Source: an uncultured Bifidobacteriaceae bacterium
GTDB taxonomy: Bacteria > Acidobacteriota > Vicinamibacteria > Vicinamibacterales > CAVVIG01
Direction of reading: 5' to 3'
Length of the DNA stretch: 45,019 nucleotides
Assembly (NCBI GenBank): GCA_964579765.1
Contig: CAZOIK010000131.1
Location: 1-45,019, forward strand
Below, one piece after another: positions 24,574 to 34,048 of this stretch (position 1 is its first letter; every line of letters starts with the position of its first letter). The notes beneath the pieces are model-generated. The model saw only the letters and a list, made by a program, of their open reading frames with translations, had not been told where the DNA came from and searched no databases. Both the position numbers and the translations under genes were made by a program.

Positions 24574-25524
24574 TCACCGCTGCAAGTAGGCGATGAGCAG
24601 CACCAGCGTGATCGGGCTGAGGATCGTCGTGAAGAAGACCACGCTGGTGGTGAACGCCGCGTCGAGCTCGAATTCCAGCGCGATCACCGTCGTCACGACC
24701 GCCGCCGGCATCGACGACTCGATGATCGCGGCCTGACGCGCGGCGCCGGTCACGCCGAGGAGCGTCGCGAGCCCGAAGGCCAGCAGCGGCGTCACGAACA
24801 GCGACAGGACGACGGCGGCGACGACGCCATCCGGACGGGCGGGCAGGATGGCGCGTTCGAGCTGCATGCCGAGCACGAGCAGCATGACCGGGATCGCCGC
24901 ATCGCCGAGGAGCGCGATGGGCCGCATGACGGGCTGCGGCACCGCGGCATGCGTGGCCAGCACGGCGGCGGCCGCCGCGACCGCGTAGAGCGCGGGCACG
25001 CGAAAGAGCCGCGCGACCGCCACGCGCACGCTGCCGTGCCCGCTGCCCGCGACGACGATGCCGGCCGTGTAGATCATCATCGCCGCGCACACGAAATAGA
25101 CGCTGGCGAAAGCGAGCGCCTCGCGCCCGAACGCAAATAGCACGACCGGCAGTGCGTAGTTGCCGCTGTTGGAGAACATCACGACGAGCAGGAAGCTGCT
25201 GCGTGTCACACGATCGAGCCGGAGGGGAATCGCCACGAGCCACGCGGCGACGCCGACCGTGGCCGTCAGCAGCACGCAGAGCGCGGCAATCCGCATCGAC
25301 TGCGACGCGCTGATCTGCGCGGTGACGAGCTGCGTGAAGACGAAGCACGGCGACAGCGCGTTGAACGCGATCGTCGAAAGCGTGCGCACGTTGGCGCCGA
25401 AGTGCCGGGCGAGCAGGAAGCCGACGCCGGCGACGACGAAGATTGGCAGGATGTCCGACGTGAAGATCGAGGCGAGCAGCGGCAGGCGACGATTGTATCG
25501 AAGGCGAGGGCGGCGCGCGACCAC
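24574..25524 (-). CDS. AEC-family (auxin efflux carrier-type) transporter
   Basis: LLASIFTSDILPIFVVAGVGFLLARHFG...TLSTIAFNALSPCFVF is the typical AEC opening. Ten-TM-like profile. Confidence 0.75.
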   Translation of the reverse strand: MVARRPRLRYNRRLPLLASIFTSDILPIFVVAGVGFLLARHFGANVRTLSTIAFNALSPCFVFTQLVTAQISASQSMRIAALCVLLTATVGVAAWLVAIPLRLDRVTRSSFLLVVMFSNSGNYALPVVLFAFGREALAFASVYFVCAAMMIYTAGIVVAGSGHGSVRVAVARLFRVPALYAVAAAAAVLATHAAVPQPVMRPIALLGDAAIPVMLLVLGMQLERAILPARPDGVVAAVVLSLFVTPLLAFGLATLLGVTGAARQAAIIESSMPAAVVTTVIALEFELDAAFTTSVVFFTTILSPITLVLLIAYLQR

Positions 25525-25576
25525 GAACCCGGCGGCATCGTGCTTGCTCCTGGGATTCGGTACACAGCATTCGTCT

Positions 25577-25595
25577 CTGGAGCGGAACGCTCCAG
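25577..25595. repeat. Perfect 8-bp inverted repeat in a divergent promoter region
   Basis: ctggagcg-gaa-cgctccag lies between the AEC gene (minus) and the tonB-like gene (plus). Confidence 0.5.
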
Positions 25596-25616
25596 CATTG
25601 CAGTTGTGTACGACCT

Positions 25617-26516
25617 ATGTCAGTTCTGTTGAACGACGCACGGTTTGGCACGCGCGCGGTTTCTCGCCGCCGTTCGAGCGGAGGCCTGTGGCTCAGCGTC
25701 GTGGCGCATGCGGCGATCGCGGGCGTCCTGATGGCCATCGTGCCGACGCACGCGTCCGAGAACCCGTCGATGCCGCGACCGCGCTCAATCGGCGTCTTCC
25801 ACGTCGCTACAATCGAGCCGACGACGTTGCCGCCGGTTCCCGTCAGCGCGCCGCATCCTCTTTCTCCGCTACGGCCGTCGTCGCCCGTGCGCACCGCACG
25901 GATCGAGGAGGTGCACGAACCCGCGATCATCGCACCGATCGCGGTCGCGCCGCTCGCCGCCGCGCCCGTTGTGGCGGCGCCAGCAACGCTTCCAGCCGCG
26001 GCTCCCGCCTTCGAACGGCCGCGTGAAACCGCGTTGCCCGTCCGTCCGCCCGAGACTGGCCTGTTCGAACGGGCAAACAGCACGCGACCGGGGCAGTCCG
26101 GTGCCGCGGTGACGACCGGCGGATTTGAAAGCGTCGCCGCGTCGCAGCGCGCAGCGGCACACGGAGGCGACGACGTACGGACGGCCGGGTTCGATCGGCC
26201 CGCCCCTGCGCCCGTCCAGTCCACGGGCACGCCGGCAAGAAAGCCGATCGATCGGCCTCTCGAGATCCTCTTCAAGCCCGTGCCGGAGTACACCGACGAA
26301 GCGCGCAGCGCCCGCATCGAGGGCACCGTGGCGCTCGATCTCGAATTCACCGCTGCCGGCGAGGTCCGCGTGTTGCGCGTCGTGAGCGGACTCGGTCACG
26401 GGCTCGACGAAGCGGCCGAACGGGCGGCGAGCCGTATCCGGTTCACACCCGCGCAGTCGGACGGCAGAGCCGTCGTCTCACGGGCCACGGTGTACATCAC
26501 CTTCCGGCTGTCCTAG
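25617..26516 (+). CDS. TonB-family energy transducer
   Basis: N-terminal TM LWLSVVAHAAIAGVLMAIV, a Pro/Ala-rich linker, and a TonB C-terminal domain PEYTDEARSARIEGTVALDLEFTAAGEV..VRVVSGLGHGLDEAAERAASRIRFTPA. Confidence 0.85.
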   Translation: MSVLLNDARFGTRAVSRRRSSGGLWLSVVAHAAIAGVLMAIVPTHASENPSMPRPRSIGVFHVATIEPTTLPPVPVSAPHPLSPLRPSSPVRTARIEEVHEPAIIAPIAVAPLAAAPVVAAPATLPAAAPAFERPRETALPVRPPETGLFERANSTRPGQSGAAVTTGGFESVAASQRAAAHGGDDVRTAGFDRPAPAPVQSTGTPARKPIDRPLEILFKPVPEYTDEARSARIEGTVALDLEFTAAGEVRVLRVVSGLGHGLDEAAERAASRIRFTPAQSDGRAVVSRATVYITFRLS

Positions 26517-26524
26517 AGGCACAC

Positions 26525-28216
26525 ATGCGAATGCCACGTCTTCCCTTGCTGCTCCTGTCGCTGGCGCTCATGGCGTCGACGGCTCACGCACAGAAGGTTG
26601 CCGACACCGCCGGTCATGGACAACTCACGGCCGACGACATCGTCGATCGCATGGGCAAGGCGGAGCGCGCGGTGCTCGATCGCGTGAAGACGTATCAACC
26701 GCTCATGGAGACTTACATGCAGAACCTCGCGCCGGACGAGGCGCGCGGCTGGGTTGCCATCGATGACAACTACGTCCTCGGCCGGTTCGACTATCGCGAC
26801 ACGCCGACGCTGCGTCCGCTCGGCCGGCGGGAACAGAAGAAGCTGATTGCGCGCATCCTGGGCTCGAACCCGCCCGCTCTCGGGGATGCGCTCGCCACGA
26901 TGGTGACGCCGGACTGGCGGCTGCTCGAACGAAAGCGCTACCGGTTCAAATACGTCCGCCGCGAGTTCCTCGGCGAGGCGCGCTGCTTCGTGTTCGACGT
27001 GAAGCCGATTCGCGACGGCAAGGACGGGTTCGTCGGCAGGATCTGGATCGAAGATCGCGACTACGCGCTCGTCCGCTTCAACGGCGTCAACCACAGAACG
27101 GATCAGACGTTGTCGAGCCTGTTCAAGCAGACGCTGTCGTTGCACGTGGACAGCTGGCGCGTGAATGTCGCGCCCGGCGTGTGGGTGCCGTCGTACGTGT
27201 ACTCGGAGGAAACGGACTTGAACGGCGCGTTGTCGTCCCGGCGGCGCGCCCTGTTCAAGAGTCAGACGCGCATCTGGGGATACAAGGCGCAGGGTCCCGA
27301 GTCGGCGGGATCGCTCACGACGATCCGGATCGACGAGCCGGACGTCGCCGACGCCAGCGAAGCGTCCGCGCAGTTGTCGCCGGTGCTCAGCGAGCGCAGA
27401 TGGGAACAGGAAGCCGAGGCGAACGTGCTCGAGCGGCTCGAGTCGGCGGGACTGCTTGCGCCGCCCGGCGAGGCGGACAAGGTGCTCGACACGGTCCTCA
27501 ACAACCTCATCGTCACCAACGCGCTGACCTTCGACCGGCCGCTGCGCTGCCGGATTCTTCTGACGTCGCCGCTCGAGTCGTTCACGATTGGCCGCACGAT
27601 CGTGCTCAGCCGCGGACTCATCGACGTGCTGCCGGACGAAGCCAGCCTCGCGACGATGCTGGCGCACGAGTTGAGCCACGTGGTGCTCGGCCACCCGCTA
27701 ATCGACTCGAAGTTCGCGTTCGCCGATCGACTCATGATTGCCGACGAGGAATTGCTGCAGACCCTGCAGTTCCACCGCACGCCGCAGGAGGAGGCGGCCG
27801 CCGACGACAAAGAGATCGAGTTGCTCGGCAAGTCGCCGTACCGCGACAAGCTCGCGGACGCCGGCTTGTTTCTTCGCGCGGTCGAGGCGCGGTCGAAGCA
27901 GCTGCCGTATCTCATCCATCCGCACATCGGCGATTACGTGGCGGTGAACGGGCAGACGAGACTCGCGGAGCTGATACAGAAGGCGCCCCCGCTGATGCCG
28001 GACAACCTCGATCAGATCGCCGCTCTCCAGATCGGTGCGCGGCTGATCGTCGATCCGTGGAGCGGGAAGCTCACGCTCGATCGAACGCCCGCGGTGCCGC
28101 TGACATCGGTTCGCGAGAAAGCGCCGTTCGCGGTGACTCCCCTCATGCCCGTGATCAGGTATGCGGGTGCTCCGGACGTCGCCGCGGCGGTGCGAACGGT
28201 CGGCGAGGCGCGGTGA
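26525..28216 (+). CDS. Secreted M48-family zinc metallopeptidase with an N-terminal LolA-like domain
   Basis: Signal peptide MRMPRLPLLLLSLALMASTAHA. HExxH occurs in MLAHELSHVVLGHP. Confidence 0.8.
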   Translation: MRMPRLPLLLLSLALMASTAHAQKVADTAGHGQLTADDIVDRMGKAERAVLDRVKTYQPLMETYMQNLAPDEARGWVAIDDNYVLGRFDYRDTPTLRPLGRREQKKLIARILGSNPPALGDALATMVTPDWRLLERKRYRFKYVRREFLGEARCFVFDVKPIRDGKDGFVGRIWIEDRDYALVRFNGVNHRTDQTLSSLFKQTLSLHVDSWRVNVAPGVWVPSYVYSEETDLNGALSSRRRALFKSQTRIWGYKAQGPESAGSLTTIRIDEPDVADASEASAQLSPVLSERRWEQEAEANVLERLESAGLLAPPGEADKVLDTVLNNLIVTNALTFDRPLRCRILLTSPLESFTIGRTIVLSRGLIDVLPDEASLATMLAHELSHVVLGHPLIDSKFAFADRLMIADEELLQTLQFHRTPQEEAAADDKEIELLGKSPYRDKLADAGLFLRAVEARSKQLPYLIHPHIGDYVAVNGQTRLAELIQKAPPLMPDNLDQIAALQIGARLIVDPWSGKLTLDRTPAVPLTSVREKAPFAVTPLMPVIRYAGAPDVAAAVRTVGEAR

Positions 28217-28234
28217 TCGCACGCGCCGGCACGG

Positions 28235-30001
28235 CTACGGGTGCAGCACGCCCGCGATCACCAGCAGCGGCACGATGACGGCGACCACCGCTTCACCCGC
28301 GATGAGCCCGGACGCGAGCGGCGTCATGTAGCGATCGCGCGAGGCGGGGGACACGGCGGCCCAGACGCGATCGACGACCGATCCCGCGAACATCACGATG
28401 ATCACCGACGCGGGCACCAGCATGCCGATGCCGGCCGCGGTCGGCGACGGCACCCACTCGATGCCCTTCGACTCCATCACGGTGAAGACGATGCCGAGGA
28501 TCGATCCGATCACGAGCGCGACGATTGCGCCCGGCGGCAGGGCCTTGAGACCCTGCGACAGCACTTCGGCGAACGCCGCCCACTTGCGCGAGATGGGAGT
28601 GGTGAGTCCCGCCTGCGGGCCGACGATGCCATAGGTGTCGCGCAGCAGCGGGTACATCCACGACACGGCCGCGGCGCCGACCGGCGTCGCGAGGAGCTGC
28701 ATGTACGTGAGCGCGCGCGGCGACGAGCCGATCATCTGGCCGGCCCGGTAGTCCTGCATCAGCGCTTCCGACTCGACGGCAATCGTCCCCGTCGTCCCGC
28801 TCGCGAGCATGTTCGCGACGATCTGGCCCGGCGCGAGCGCGCCGAAGACGCCCTGCATCATGTTCGAGAGCGGGCTGATCGGTCCCCAGTTCGTCTCGCC
28901 GAGCACGCGCAGGCCGACGAGCATCAGCGGGATCGACAGCAGGATTGCGGTGGCCGTCACCCAGACCTCGAGGCCGAGGCTGATCTTCTGAATCACGATG
29001 AGCGCGACCGACAGGATCGCGCCGCCGATGCCGACCCACGCCAGCGGGAACTCGTCGCCGCCGACCTGCGCCGTGCGCAGCTGGCGGAACGTCTTCATCA
29101 GGACGTTCCAGTGGAGCACCAGCGCCGTGAGGCCGCCGGCGACCATCATGCCCGTCGCGGGCCACATCATCCAGAAGAGCACGTCGTTGCGGTTGAAGCC
29201 GGAGACGAGCACGCGGTAGTGGAGGAGCGCGTACGGCCCGACGACCCACGCGACGACGGTCCCGAGCAGCATGCTCGCGTTGATCCGGAAGCCGACGAGC
29301 ATGCCCGATCCGATCGACAGCAGGCTCCAGTTCACGCCGACGCCCGCCGCCATCATCGTCGCCGTGCCGATGAGCGTGACCGAGGGAAACCAGCGGAGGA
29401 CGTACGCGTCCTCGGTCATGAGCATGACGGCTGCCGACAACAGCAGGCCGATGACCAGCGCACGCGCCGTCTGCCGCGCTTCGGCGCCCTTGCCGTCGAG
29501 CACGATGAGCGTCTGGCCGGCGGCAAGACCGTCGGGATAGGGCAGGGCTTCATCGACGACGAAGTGCTGGCGCATGGGCACAGCCAGCAGCACGCCGAGC
29601 AGGCCAGCGGTGGAGAGCCAGACGAACGACTGCAGCGGGCTCAGTTCGATCCGCGTGGTCACGGTCCGGCTTGCGTTCAGCATGTCGAAGGCCGCCAGCA
29701 GCACGCACATGAAGGCGGTCTGCGCGCCCGCGGTGCCCGCCGTCTGGACGATGTTGTTCTCCCAGCGGTTGTAGTCCTTGAACGCGAGGCCGAGGGCGAG
29801 ATAGCCGAAGAACGCCGCGACCACCGAGACGTTCGGCCCGAAGCCGAGCTTCAGGACGATGTACGGATACGACGCGCCCATGATCGCCGCGACGGCGAGT
29901 CCGCAGACGATCGCGCGCGGCGTCAGCTCGCGCAGCCCGGCCGGCTTGGTGCCTGCCTCGACGGCGACGCCCGAATGCGCGCGAACGGGATCCGCTGACA
30001 T
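28235..30001 (-). CDS. OPT-family oligopeptide transporter
   Basis: Large polytopic protein with OPT-like segments (ELTPRAIVCGLAVAAIMGASYPYIVLKLGFGPNVSVVAAFFGY). Start placed at ATG 30001; the track start is 30058. Confidence 0.75.
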   Translation of the reverse strand: MSADPVRAHSGVAVEAGTKPAGLRELTPRAIVCGLAVAAIMGASYPYIVLKLGFGPNVSVVAAFFGYLALGLAFKDYNRWENNIVQTAGTAGAQTAFMCVLLAAFDMLNASRTVTTRIELSPLQSFVWLSTAGLLGVLLAVPMRQHFVVDEALPYPDGLAAGQTLIVLDGKGAEARQTARALVIGLLLSAAVMLMTEDAYVLRWFPSVTLIGTATMMAAGVGVNWSLLSIGSGMLVGFRINASMLLGTVVAWVVGPYALLHYRVLVSGFNRNDVLFWMMWPATGMMVAGGLTALVLHWNVLMKTFRQLRTAQVGGDEFPLAWVGIGGAILSVALIVIQKISLGLEVWVTATAILLSIPLMLVGLRVLGETNWGPISPLSNMMQGVFGALAPGQIVANMLASGTTGTIAVESEALMQDYRAGQMIGSSPRALTYMQLLATPVGAAAVSWMYPLLRDTYGIVGPQAGLTTPISRKWAAFAEVLSQGLKALPPGAIVALVIGSILGIVFTVMESKGIEWVPSPTAAGIGMLVPASVIIVMFAGSVVDRVWAAVSPASRDRYMTPLASGLIAGEAVVAVIVPLLVIAGVLHP

Positions 30002-30075
30002 GCGCGCATTGTGGCATAGAGCGCGTCGTGTGTTTGACACTCCGCACTCCATCGGCAACTATTAGCCGTTTGAGC

Positions 30076-30462
30076 ATGACCGCCTTTTCCGACCCGTGGC
30101 TCGCGCGTTTTCGCGATCGCGTGAACGCCGATCCCGAGATGCGCGTCATCGGCGACTGGTTCACGACGGCGTTTTCGCTGTCGTGCGGCGATCGCCGGTG
30201 CATCGTCCGGTTCGACAAGGGGGAGCTCGTCGAGACGATCGTCTCGCCGCGCATCGACACGCGGTGCGCGTTCGGCTTTCGCGCGAGCGAGGAGATCTGG
30301 GCGAAGTTCTTCAGCCCGCGGCCGGAGCCGCTCTACCACGACTTTTTCGCCATGCTCATGCGCGTGCCGGGCTTCGTTCTCGAGGGTGACACGCTGGCGG
30401 CGATGCAGCACGCGCGCGCGCTTCACCGCGCCATGAACGTCATGCGGACGCTCGGGCAGTAA
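30076..30462 (+). CDS. SCP2-like small protein (tentative)
   Basis: 128 aa. WLARFRDRVNADPEMRVIGDWFTTAFSL..G.....VRFDKGEL resembles SCP2/sterol-carrier-like domains. It is first in a tightly packed five-gene plus-strand cluster. Confidence 0.5.
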   Translation: MTAFSDPWLARFRDRVNADPEMRVIGDWFTTAFSLSCGDRRCIVRFDKGELVETIVSPRIDTRCAFGFRASEEIWAKFFSPRPEPLYHDFFAMLMRVPGFVLEGDTLAAMQHARALHRAMNVMRTLGQ

Positions 30463-30465
30463 CTC

Positions 30466-31305
30466 GTGGCCACTTTCGAACCGATCGCAGGCAGATATTT
30501 CGAGACTCAGATAGACGGCGAGCGCCACCGCGTTTTCGTGGAGGAGGCCGGCCACGGCATTCCGTTGCTGTGCCTGCATACCGCGGGCGCCGACAGCCGT
30601 CAGTATCGCCACCTGCTCAACGACACGGCGGTGACGTCGAAGTTTCGCGTCATTGCGTTCGACATGCCCTATCACGGGCGGTCGAACCCGCCGGACGCGT
30701 GGTGGCTGAAGAAGTACAAGCTGACGACCGCGGACTACGTCGCGCACATCCGCGCGGTGTGGCAGGCGCTCGAGCTCGACCGGCCGGTGGTGATGGGCTG
30801 CTCGATGGGCGGCGCGATCGTCCTGAAAGTCGCCGCGGACTTTCAGCGCGAGCTGCGCGGCATCGTCGGGCTCGAGAGCTCGGCCCATGCGCCCGGCCGC
30901 TATAACGAGTACCTGCACCATCCCGCGATCCACGGCGGCGAGCTCGTCGCCAGCTACACGTACGGCCTCTGCGCGCCGTCGAGTCCCGAATCGAGCGCGC
31001 GCGAGAACTGGTGGTACTACAGCCAGTCGGGGCCGGGCGTCTACGCCGGCGATGTCCACTTCTACAGCAACGACTGGGACGGCCGCGAGGACGTCAAACG
31101 CATCGACACCAGCGTGTGCAAGGTGTCGCTGCTCACGGGCGAATTCGACTACTCGTGCACGCCCGACATGACGCGCGCGGTCGCGGCGGCCATTCCGGGC
31201 GCGCGGCTCGTGATCATGAACGGGATGGGCCACTTTCCGATGATTGAGAACTACCCGGTGTTCCGCACGTTCCTCGTGCCGGAACTCGACTGGATGGCGC
31301 AATGA
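30466..31305 (+). CDS. Alpha/beta-fold hydrolase
   Basis: Nucleophile elbow GCSMGG, an HTAGAD oxyanion region, and a C-terminal GHFPMIE histidine. GTG start. Confidence 0.85.
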   Translation: MATFEPIAGRYFETQIDGERHRVFVEEAGHGIPLLCLHTAGADSRQYRHLLNDTAVTSKFRVIAFDMPYHGRSNPPDAWWLKKYKLTTADYVAHIRAVWQALELDRPVVMGCSMGGAIVLKVAADFQRELRGIVGLESSAHAPGRYNEYLHHPAIHGGELVASYTYGLCAPSSPESSARENWWYYSQSGPGVYAGDVHFYSNDWDGREDVKRIDTSVCKVSLLTGEFDYSCTPDMTRAVAAAIPGARLVIMNGMGHFPMIENYPVFRTFLVPELDWMAQ

Positions 31306-32570
31306 ACCCCGCGGTCGGCGAACGCGTTGTGCCCTGGTATCGCACCGTCACGCGCACGCAGTGGCTGGCGTTCGGCGCCACGATGAGCGGCTGGATTCTG
31401 GATGCGTTCGACTACAACATCCTCGCGATCATCCTGATCGACATTCAGAAGAGCTTCACGGTGGACGCGGCGCTCGCCGGCGCGCTCGCGACCGTCACGC
31501 TCGTGATGCGCCTGGTCGGCGGCGTCGGCGCCGGCACGGCCGCCGATCGGTGGGGCCGCAAAGGCCCGCTGATGCTGTCGATTCTCTGGTTCTCGCTGTT
31601 CGCGTTCCTCAGCGGGTTCTCGAGGTCGTACGCCGTCCTGTTCGGGCTGCGCGCGCTCTTCGGCATCGGCATGGGTGGGATGTGGGCGGCCGGCATGCCG
31701 CTCGTCATCGAACACTGGCCCTCGCGCCTGCGCGGCATCGTCTCGGGGCTGCTGCTCGGCGGCTGGTACTGGGGCTACCTGCTCGCCGCCGCGGCGTTCC
31801 AGTTCATCTATCCGCTCTTCACCGGCACGCCCGACACGGCGTGGCGCGTGATGTTCTGGATCGCGATCATTCCGGGGTTCCTGACGCTGTGGCTGGCGTC
31901 GAAGGTGCCCGAGAGCCCGGTGTTCCTCGAACGGCAGCGCCGGCTGCGCGCGAATCCGGAGGCGTTCGCGAACGAGCCGAAGATCTCGGTCGTGCGCATC
32001 TTCCAGCGCGATCTGATCTGGACGACGATTCAGACGACGGTGGTGATCGGCGCGTTCATGTGCTCGTTCTATTCGATCGGCACGTGGTACGCGACGCTGC
32101 TGCGGCAGGCCGGGCGGCCGACGCTGCCGTACCTCGTGGCGTTCAACCTCGGCGCCATCGGCGGCACGGCGACGTGGGGGCGGCTGTCTGAAGGCAAGCT
32201 CGGGCGCCGCGGCGCGACGACGATCACTGCCCTGCTCGGCATCGTGTCGATTCCGTTCTACCTCCACACCGCGAATCCGGCGCTGATGGGCCTGGGCGCG
32301 TTCATGATGGGCGCGTTCGGCTGCGGCATCTGGGGCATGGCGCCTGCGTACGTGACCGAGCGCTATCCGACCGAGGCGCGCGGCGTCGGTCCCGGCTTCT
32401 GCTACCACGCCGCCGCGGCGATCGGATCGCTGATGCCGATCGCCATCGGCGCGATGCACGACAACGGCATGAGCCTCGCGAACGCGATGTCGATTCCGAT
32501 CGCGGTGGCGCTCGCGTGCTCGGCGGGATTTATCTGGCTTGGGCCTGAGACGCGGGGGCGGGAACTGTAG
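31302..32570 (+). CDS. MFS transporter
   Basis: Twelve-TM profile with the MFS loop motif GTAADRWGRKG. Overlaps the upstream stop by 4 nt. Confidence 0.85.
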   Translation: MNPAVGERVVPWYRTVTRTQWLAFGATMSGWILDAFDYNILAIILIDIQKSFTVDAALAGALATVTLVMRLVGGVGAGTAADRWGRKGPLMLSILWFSLFAFLSGFSRSYAVLFGLRALFGIGMGGMWAAGMPLVIEHWPSRLRGIVSGLLLGGWYWGYLLAAAAFQFIYPLFTGTPDTAWRVMFWIAIIPGFLTLWLASKVPESPVFLERQRRLRANPEAFANEPKISVVRIFQRDLIWTTIQTTVVIGAFMCSFYSIGTWYATLLRQAGRPTLPYLVAFNLGAIGGTATWGRLSEGKLGRRGATTITALLGIVSIPFYLHTANPALMGLGAFMMGAFGCGIWGMAPAYVTERYPTEARGVGPGFCYHAAAAIGSLMPIAIGAMHDNGMSLANAMSIPIAVALACSAGFIWLGPETRGREL

Positions 32571-32606
32571 GATTCGAGGGGTTCCAGAGGTTCCAGGGTT
32601 CGAGAG
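32571..32606. repeat. GGTTCC-rich intergenic repeat (copy 2)
   Basis: gattcgaggggttccagaggttccagggttcgagag contains near-tandem ggttccag(a/g) units and shares ggggttcca(g)aggttcc with the reverse complement of 12815-12850. Confidence 0.6.
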
Positions 32607-33122
32607 GTGCATGTGGCAGTCAAAGAGGGCTGGACGGGGCGGGTCTACGAGGACTTCGAAATCGGCGACATCTACCCGCATCCGCTCGGACGCACGGTGC
32701 TCGCCGCAGACAACATCTGGTTCACGCTGCTGACGCAGAACACGAACCCCGTCCACTTTGACGCGGCGTACGCCGCGAAGACCGAGTTCGGGAAGCCGCT
32801 CGTCGATTCGACGTTCACGCTCGCGCTCGTCACCGGCCAGTCGGTCACCGACATCTCGCAGAACGCGATGGCGAACCTGGGTTGGGACGAGGTGCGGCTG
32901 CCGAACCCGGTGTTCGAGGGCGACACGATCTACTCGCGCAGCGAGGTGCTCGAGAAGCGCGAATCGAAGTCGCGGCCCAACGTCGGCATCGTCACCTTCA
33001 GAACGACCGGGTTCAACCAGGACGGCGTCGTCGTGATCGAGTACAAACGCACCGTGATGATCTACAAACGCGGACACGTGCCGGAGACGGCGCGCGTCCG
33101 TCCGCCGGTACCGAAGCAGTAG
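32607..33122 (+). CDS. MaoC-family (R)-specific enoyl-CoA hydratase/dehydratase
   Basis: Hot-dog fold pattern YEDFEIGD......RTV...D...F..LT.N.NP.H.D..YA......G...V..T..L. GTG start at 32607 or 32613. Confidence 0.8.
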   Translation: MHVAVKEGWTGRVYEDFEIGDIYPHPLGRTVLAADNIWFTLLTQNTNPVHFDAAYAAKTEFGKPLVDSTFTLALVTGQSVTDISQNAMANLGWDEVRLPNPVFEGDTIYSRSEVLEKRESKSRPNVGIVTFRTTGFNQDGVVVIEYKRTVMIYKRGHVPETARVRPPVPKQ

Positions 33123-33123
33123 T

Positions 33124-33167
33124 GCAGGCCTTCAGGCCTGCGGGAAATGGCGGACCTGAAGGTCCGC
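33124..33167. repeat. REP-like hairpin pair
   Basis: gcaggcc-ttca-ggcctgc (33124-33141), an 8-nt spacer, then gcggacc-tgaa-ggtccgc (33150-33167), directly after TAG 33120-33122. Confidence 0.85.
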
Positions 33168-33184
33168 ACGACAGTTGAGGACCC

Positions 33185-33982
33185 ATGTCTGACGACGTGC
33201 ACGAGATATTCGCAGTCCGCTACGCGCACCACGACCGGCAGTCCCCCGAGAACTTTCTCTTCGGCGATCCGCACGACGTGCTGCAGCCGCTCGCCTACTT
33301 CGTGTGGGTCATCCGCGGTCCGCACGGCACGTTCGTCGTGGACACCGGCTTCGACGAGCCGATGGCGAAGAAGCGCGGCCGCGTAATCGTGAAGCCCGTC
33401 GCCGAGGGCCTGACGTCCATCGGCGTCAAGCCGGACGAAGTGAAGGACGTCGTCATCACGCACCTGCACTACGACCACTGCGGCAACCACGACGCGTTCC
33501 CGAAGGCGACGTTCCATCTGCAGGATGCCGAGATGGCGTACGCCACCGGCCGCTACATGGCGCATCAGGTGATGCGCCTCCCCTTCGAGCTCGACGACGT
33601 CGTGGCGATGGTGGGGAAGGTGTTCGCCGGGCGCGTGCGGTTTCACGACGGGAACGAGCAGCTCGCGCCGGGCATCACGCTGCATCGCATCGGCGGGCAC
33701 TCGAAGGGCCTGCAGTGCGTGCGCGTGAAGACGAAGCGCGGATACGTCGTGCTCGCGTCGGACGCGACGCACCTCTACGACCATATCCATCAGGGCCGTG
33801 TGTTCCCCGTGACCTTCTGCGTCGGCGACGTGCTGGAGGGCTATTCGACCATCAAAGGGCTGGCTGATTCCCTCGACCACATCGTCCCCGGACACGATCC
33901 AGCCGTCGTCGAGAAATACCCCGGGGCTGCGCCCGGGCTCGAGCGGCTGGTCGTCAGACTCGACGTGCCGCCGCGTTCCTAG
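33185..33982 (+). CDS. MBL-fold hydrolase, N-acyl-homoserine-lactonase-like
   Basis: ITHLHYDHCGN metal motif with the opening IFAVRYAH....... typical of AHL-lactonase-like MBLs. A paralog-like gene lies at 40257-41132. Confidence 0.75.
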   Translation: MSDDVHEIFAVRYAHHDRQSPENFLFGDPHDVLQPLAYFVWVIRGPHGTFVVDTGFDEPMAKKRGRVIVKPVAEGLTSIGVKPDEVKDVVITHLHYDHCGNHDAFPKATFHLQDAEMAYATGRYMAHQVMRLPFELDDVVAMVGKVFAGRVRFHDGNEQLAPGITLHRIGGHSKGLQCVRVKTKRGYVVLASDATHLYDHIHQGRVFPVTFCVGDVLEGYSTIKGLADSLDHIVPGHDPAVVEKYPGAAPGLERLVVRLDVPPRS

Positions 33983-33985
33983 CGC

Positions 33986-34002
33986 GCATGCTGGCAGCAT
34001 GC
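33986..34002. terminator. Hairpin between convergent genes
   Basis: gcatgctg-g-cagcatgc follows TAG 33980-33982. There is no T-run, so it is only terminator-like. Confidence 0.35.
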
Positions 34003-34048
34003 CGTTGACGTTCCAGGAGGTCGAACTCGCTGCGCTCGTGCCGGCGCG

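Noticed and set aside
24557-26350. 597-aa minus ORF. Similar long shadow ORFs occur at 31251-33077, 13855-15297, 19652-21007, 21022-22944, 23279-24538, 28241-29998, 29923-31302, 38122-39252 and 34750-36180.
   Set aside because: All lie antisense or out of frame to genes with clear family matches. They have Arg/Pro/Gly/Asp-dominated sequences, as expected from a high-GC genome with few stop codons.
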